Assembly: GCA_976226885.1 (NCBI GenBank)
Contig: OZ320315.1
Location: 96,906,001-96,970,000, forward strand
Direction of reading: 5' to 3'
Source: Iphione sp. A-MEVVRFRX5
Lineage: Eukaryota
DNA: 64,000 bases
In this document: one piece after another, positions 60,769 to 64,000 of the stretch
Position numbering within the stretch: position 1 is the first letter of the stretch
Layout of the letters: every line of letters begins with the position of its first letter
Translations under genes and position numbers: made by a program
The notes under the pieces: generated by a model
Database searches by the model: none
Told to the model about the DNA's origin: nothing
The model's input: only the letters and a program-made list of their open reading frames with translations

Positions 60769-63404
60769 TTAATAAGTGTTTCGAAGCCTGTTTTCTACTA
60801 TCAGATCATTGTATTCGTGGTATAATGAAGTGTGATGTATTGTTAGGGAGTAGTACCTACTCCTCATTTTGAATGGGAGAATATTGTTTGCTTTTAGGAA
60901 CAATTCTATGTTACAATTTTCATTCCGAGTAATGATTTTGATAGCCTTAGTAAGCTGATTTTCTAGTCGTTTAAATAATGGTCGCTCAAAGCATTTTATA
61001 GCGCTAATACCGTATTCCAGATTAGGGATAAAATACGATTTCAGAACAATAAGGCTTGTTGAATTATCCCCTAATTTAGCAACATGTCTTAGTAGATTGA
61101 GAAGACTATATGATTTTTTTAGTTTTCGTTCTAATTCATATGTCATGCTTAGCGTACTGTCTAGCATAAAGCCTAGGTATTTGTACCTGTCTACCTGAGA
61201 TAATTTAGAGTTGCCTATGCATACTTTCAGTTTTCCATCTTTGTATTTACTTCGTGGAGTTGTGAAGAGCATGGATTCTGTTTTGGTGTAGTTGATTCTG
61301 ATTCCATTCTTTTTACACCATGCATCTAAAGTACTCAGGTTACTATTCAGACCTTTCTCTATACTCTTTAAATTGGTATCACTGTATAAAATCACCGTGT
61401 CGTTGGCATACATAACAGAAAAAGTCTTTTAATTGAGATAGGCAGTCATCTATGAATAGGCAGTCATCTATGAAAAGAGTGAACAGCATAGGGCCAATTA
61501 TACTCCCTTGGGGTACTCCAATATTCAATGGGCACTTCTGCAGAATTGGTGCGTTTAAATTTCGTGATTATGTTTCTATTTGCAAGATAATTCTCAACCC
61601 AGGCTACGGTGGGACCTAGGCCCATTTTTTCCAATTTCTTTATTAGTACTGTGTGTTGGAGGGAGTCGAAGGCCTTTTTGTAGTCTACAAATATTGCTCC
61701 AACAATGTTGCCATTATCAAGTTCATTGTAGATGTAGTTCAAGACTTTGTCTAGTGCATGAATTGTAGAGCGCCCTTTGCGGAAACCAAATTGCTGATCA
61801 GAAAGTAGATTGTTAGTTTCAATATATTCCATTGTTTGTTCAAATATAATTTTCTCTAGTATTTTACTAGGTAGTGGTAATATGCTAATCGGGCGGTAGG
61901 AGTTTGGGTCGGATTTGTGTCCCTTGCCTTTGTATAGAGGGGTAACGGTGGCTGTCTTCCATGCATTTGGGATAATGTTACTGTTAATGGAACAATTTAT
62001 CAAATGCATAAATTGTTCTAATACTGTGGTAATGGCATTTAGGAATATTTTGGAGGAGCAATAATGTAGACCGCTTGGCTTTGACTTCAGTAGCTTTAGC
62101 ACATACTGTTCACTTACCCTCCTAAGGTGTAGTTCAGTTTTGGCTTGTTTGACTCCTATCGTGGTCAGGGGGTTGTTGATTTCAAATGTGGAATTGCCAA
62201 TAGTAGCAAAATGTCCGTTCAGCTTTGCGACAACTTCATGAGCATCTAATTGTCTACCATTCTCTCTCATGATAACGATATTATTACTTTTATTTTTACC
62301 TAATATTCCAGATAGTAGGCCCCAGTATTTTTTTGGGTTTTGCCTATGATGTAATAGTTGATTACGGTAGTATATCAATTTCTCATTATGTAGTTTAACC
62401 GATATCTTAGATTTTAATGCTACTGCTCTGTCGTACATGCATTTATTTTTTAGTCTGATTCCAAGTTTGAAAAGTTGATTTTTTTCTGAAATTAATTTTC
62501 TTGTTTCATCTGATAACCATGTATTGGTTCCTGTGAATGAGTTGGTATGTTTCATTGGTGAGATTTTGTTAATACAGCACTCTAATATGTTTGATAAGTA
62601 GGTCCAGAGGTAGTCGGGGTCTCTTTCGGTGTAGTATCGAGACCAGTCAGACTGAATTAGCATGTCATGTAGCATGTTGTCATTAATATCTTTCCATGGA
62701 CGGTATATATGGTAAGTAAATTCTGATTTCTTTTTTATTACTCTAGTGATAACTTTGATTCCGTGATGGTCACTCAAAAATGTTTTTAGGACTGAGGATG
62801 ACGATTGTAGGGTTTTACTGATGAAGACTAGGTCTAGACAACTGCTGGTTGACATGCTGACTCGGGTGGGTTTTGTGATTACTTGAGTTAAGTTGTTGTT
62901 GAGACCAATGTGCTTTAGCTCGTTATATATAGCATTATTTTTCTTAAGAGCATCAATGTTGAAGTCCCCCAGTAATAGTACGTTGCTGTGGGTGGTATTA
63001 TTAATTTTGGATAATTGCGAGTCTAGGATGTCAAGGAACTCTCTTACTGATCCTCTTGGCGGGCGATATAATACTCCTACTATGTACTCATGTTTTGTTT
63101 CAGTGGTGATTTTGATCCAGAATATTTCTATATTTCGATTGCTATTGACTAGTTCAGTTTGCATGTCTGCACCTATATTATTACGTAAGAACATAAGGAT
63201 ACCACCTCCAGCACTGTACGTCCTGTCTAGTCTCGTGATGTTGTAGCCGTTTATGCTATTTAGCCATGATTCACTGATGGCTATAACGTCTGGGGTATGC
63301 TTATTCACTAAGATCTCCAACTCTGGCATCTTATTTTTTATACTTCTCATATTGAAATAGAGAACCGTCAGGTGGTCATACTGTTCAATTTTGGCGTTAC
63401 TCAT
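60769..63404 (-). pseudogene. LINE ORF2 (APE + RT), broken only around GVPQG/YADD
   Basis: FNMRSI, IAISESWL, LLGDFN, FLSDH, YRPISILP, FVDYKKAFD; frameshifts at about 61515 and 61420-61440; YADD reads YAND. Confidence 0.93.
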
Positions 63405-63811
63405 ATGTTAGAGATGAAAAGTAATATGAAATGTTGTTTTGATATATGGCTTATGGTCGATAGTATTTGACGTAGTATATTTATGTTGGGCCGGGGGAGT
63501 TGAAAGTCTTGAATAGTTGTCCAGGTCTCATCAACGAGGCCAGTGGATGCTAACATATATGATTTTATTGTTATTATTAACAAGCATATGCGGTAGGTTG
63601 ATACATGTCATGCCATAATAAAAAGACATGAAGTATTAGATAATACAGGGTGACATTCATAAGGCAATATACATTTGAAAGCAAGTAAATGAAGGGTTTA
63701 TACATGGCGAAAAAAGACAGTAATTGTAAAATGGACTGAATTCAAACACAGTGATACAAATGACACATATGAACACTCATGAGGCGAGGCCGTCGGTTAC
63801 AGTTCATGTAA

Positions 63812-64000
63812 TTATTCATGGAGTTTGTGCAGGAATTTTACCAGTTTGGTGACCATTTCTTGGCGTCCTTGATAATTCAGGTGACAGCCATCTTCAAGCA
63901 ACTGGTGTCGGTTGGTGTCCCGGCCATTAGATCGTCCGTGTATCACGCTACCGATATGTCGAGTTATCAGTCCGTGTGACCTGTTGAAGGCGCGGATACC
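63812..64000 (-). CDS. C-terminus of an SGNH-esterase-like ORF (not in the ORF track; begins beyond the window)
   Basis: Open frame from base 64000: GIRAFNRSHGLITRHIGSVIHGRSNGRDTNRHQLLEDGCHLNYQGRQEMVTKLVKFLHKLHE*, with an intact DGxH block V. Confidence 0.7.
   Translation of the reverse strand, partial: GIRAFNRSHGLITRHIGSVIHGRSNGRDTNRHQLLEDGCHLNYQGRQEMVTKLVKFLHKLHE

Larger units (their letters stand above)
60350..64000 (-). mobile_element. Near-intact LINE: SGNH-esterase C-terminus, APE-RT ORF2 and A-rich 3' end
   Basis: ORF2 in two track ORFs (61464..63404 and 60769..61413). The minus strand ends in ATGAATAAAAAAAACCAAAAAAA at about 60349-60372. Confidence 0.92.

Overview
Eukaryotic (animal, probably marine invertebrate; species not determinable) genomic window with two assembly gaps. 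Bases 1-17,500 are microsatellite- and MITE-rich host DNA holding the first coding exon of KLHDC3 (minus strand). From about 18 kb to the window end lies a dense cluster of decayed transposons. It contains seven Crypton-like DUF3504 tyrosine-recombinase (YR) gene copies (four visibly retain an intron at the same codon), four Ngaro/DIRS-like YR retrotransposons plus a DIRS1-type gag fragment, a Penelope-like element, two MULE transposase fragments, a SINE-like insert and seven LINE segments. Of 24 orientable elements, 23 lie on the minus strand, the pattern of a uni-strand piRNA-type cluster. The single plus-strand element (about 45.05-51.79 kb) is the most unusual object: a CR1/L2-like LINE whose ORF1 (coiled coil + RRM-like) ends in a decayed NADAR/YbiA-like domain, followed by a separate SGNH-esterase ORF and then APE-RT ORF2. 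A second LINE at the right edge repeats the esterase-then-ORF2 layout. All domain calls come from manual translation and motif recognition, not database searches, and element boundaries are approximate.
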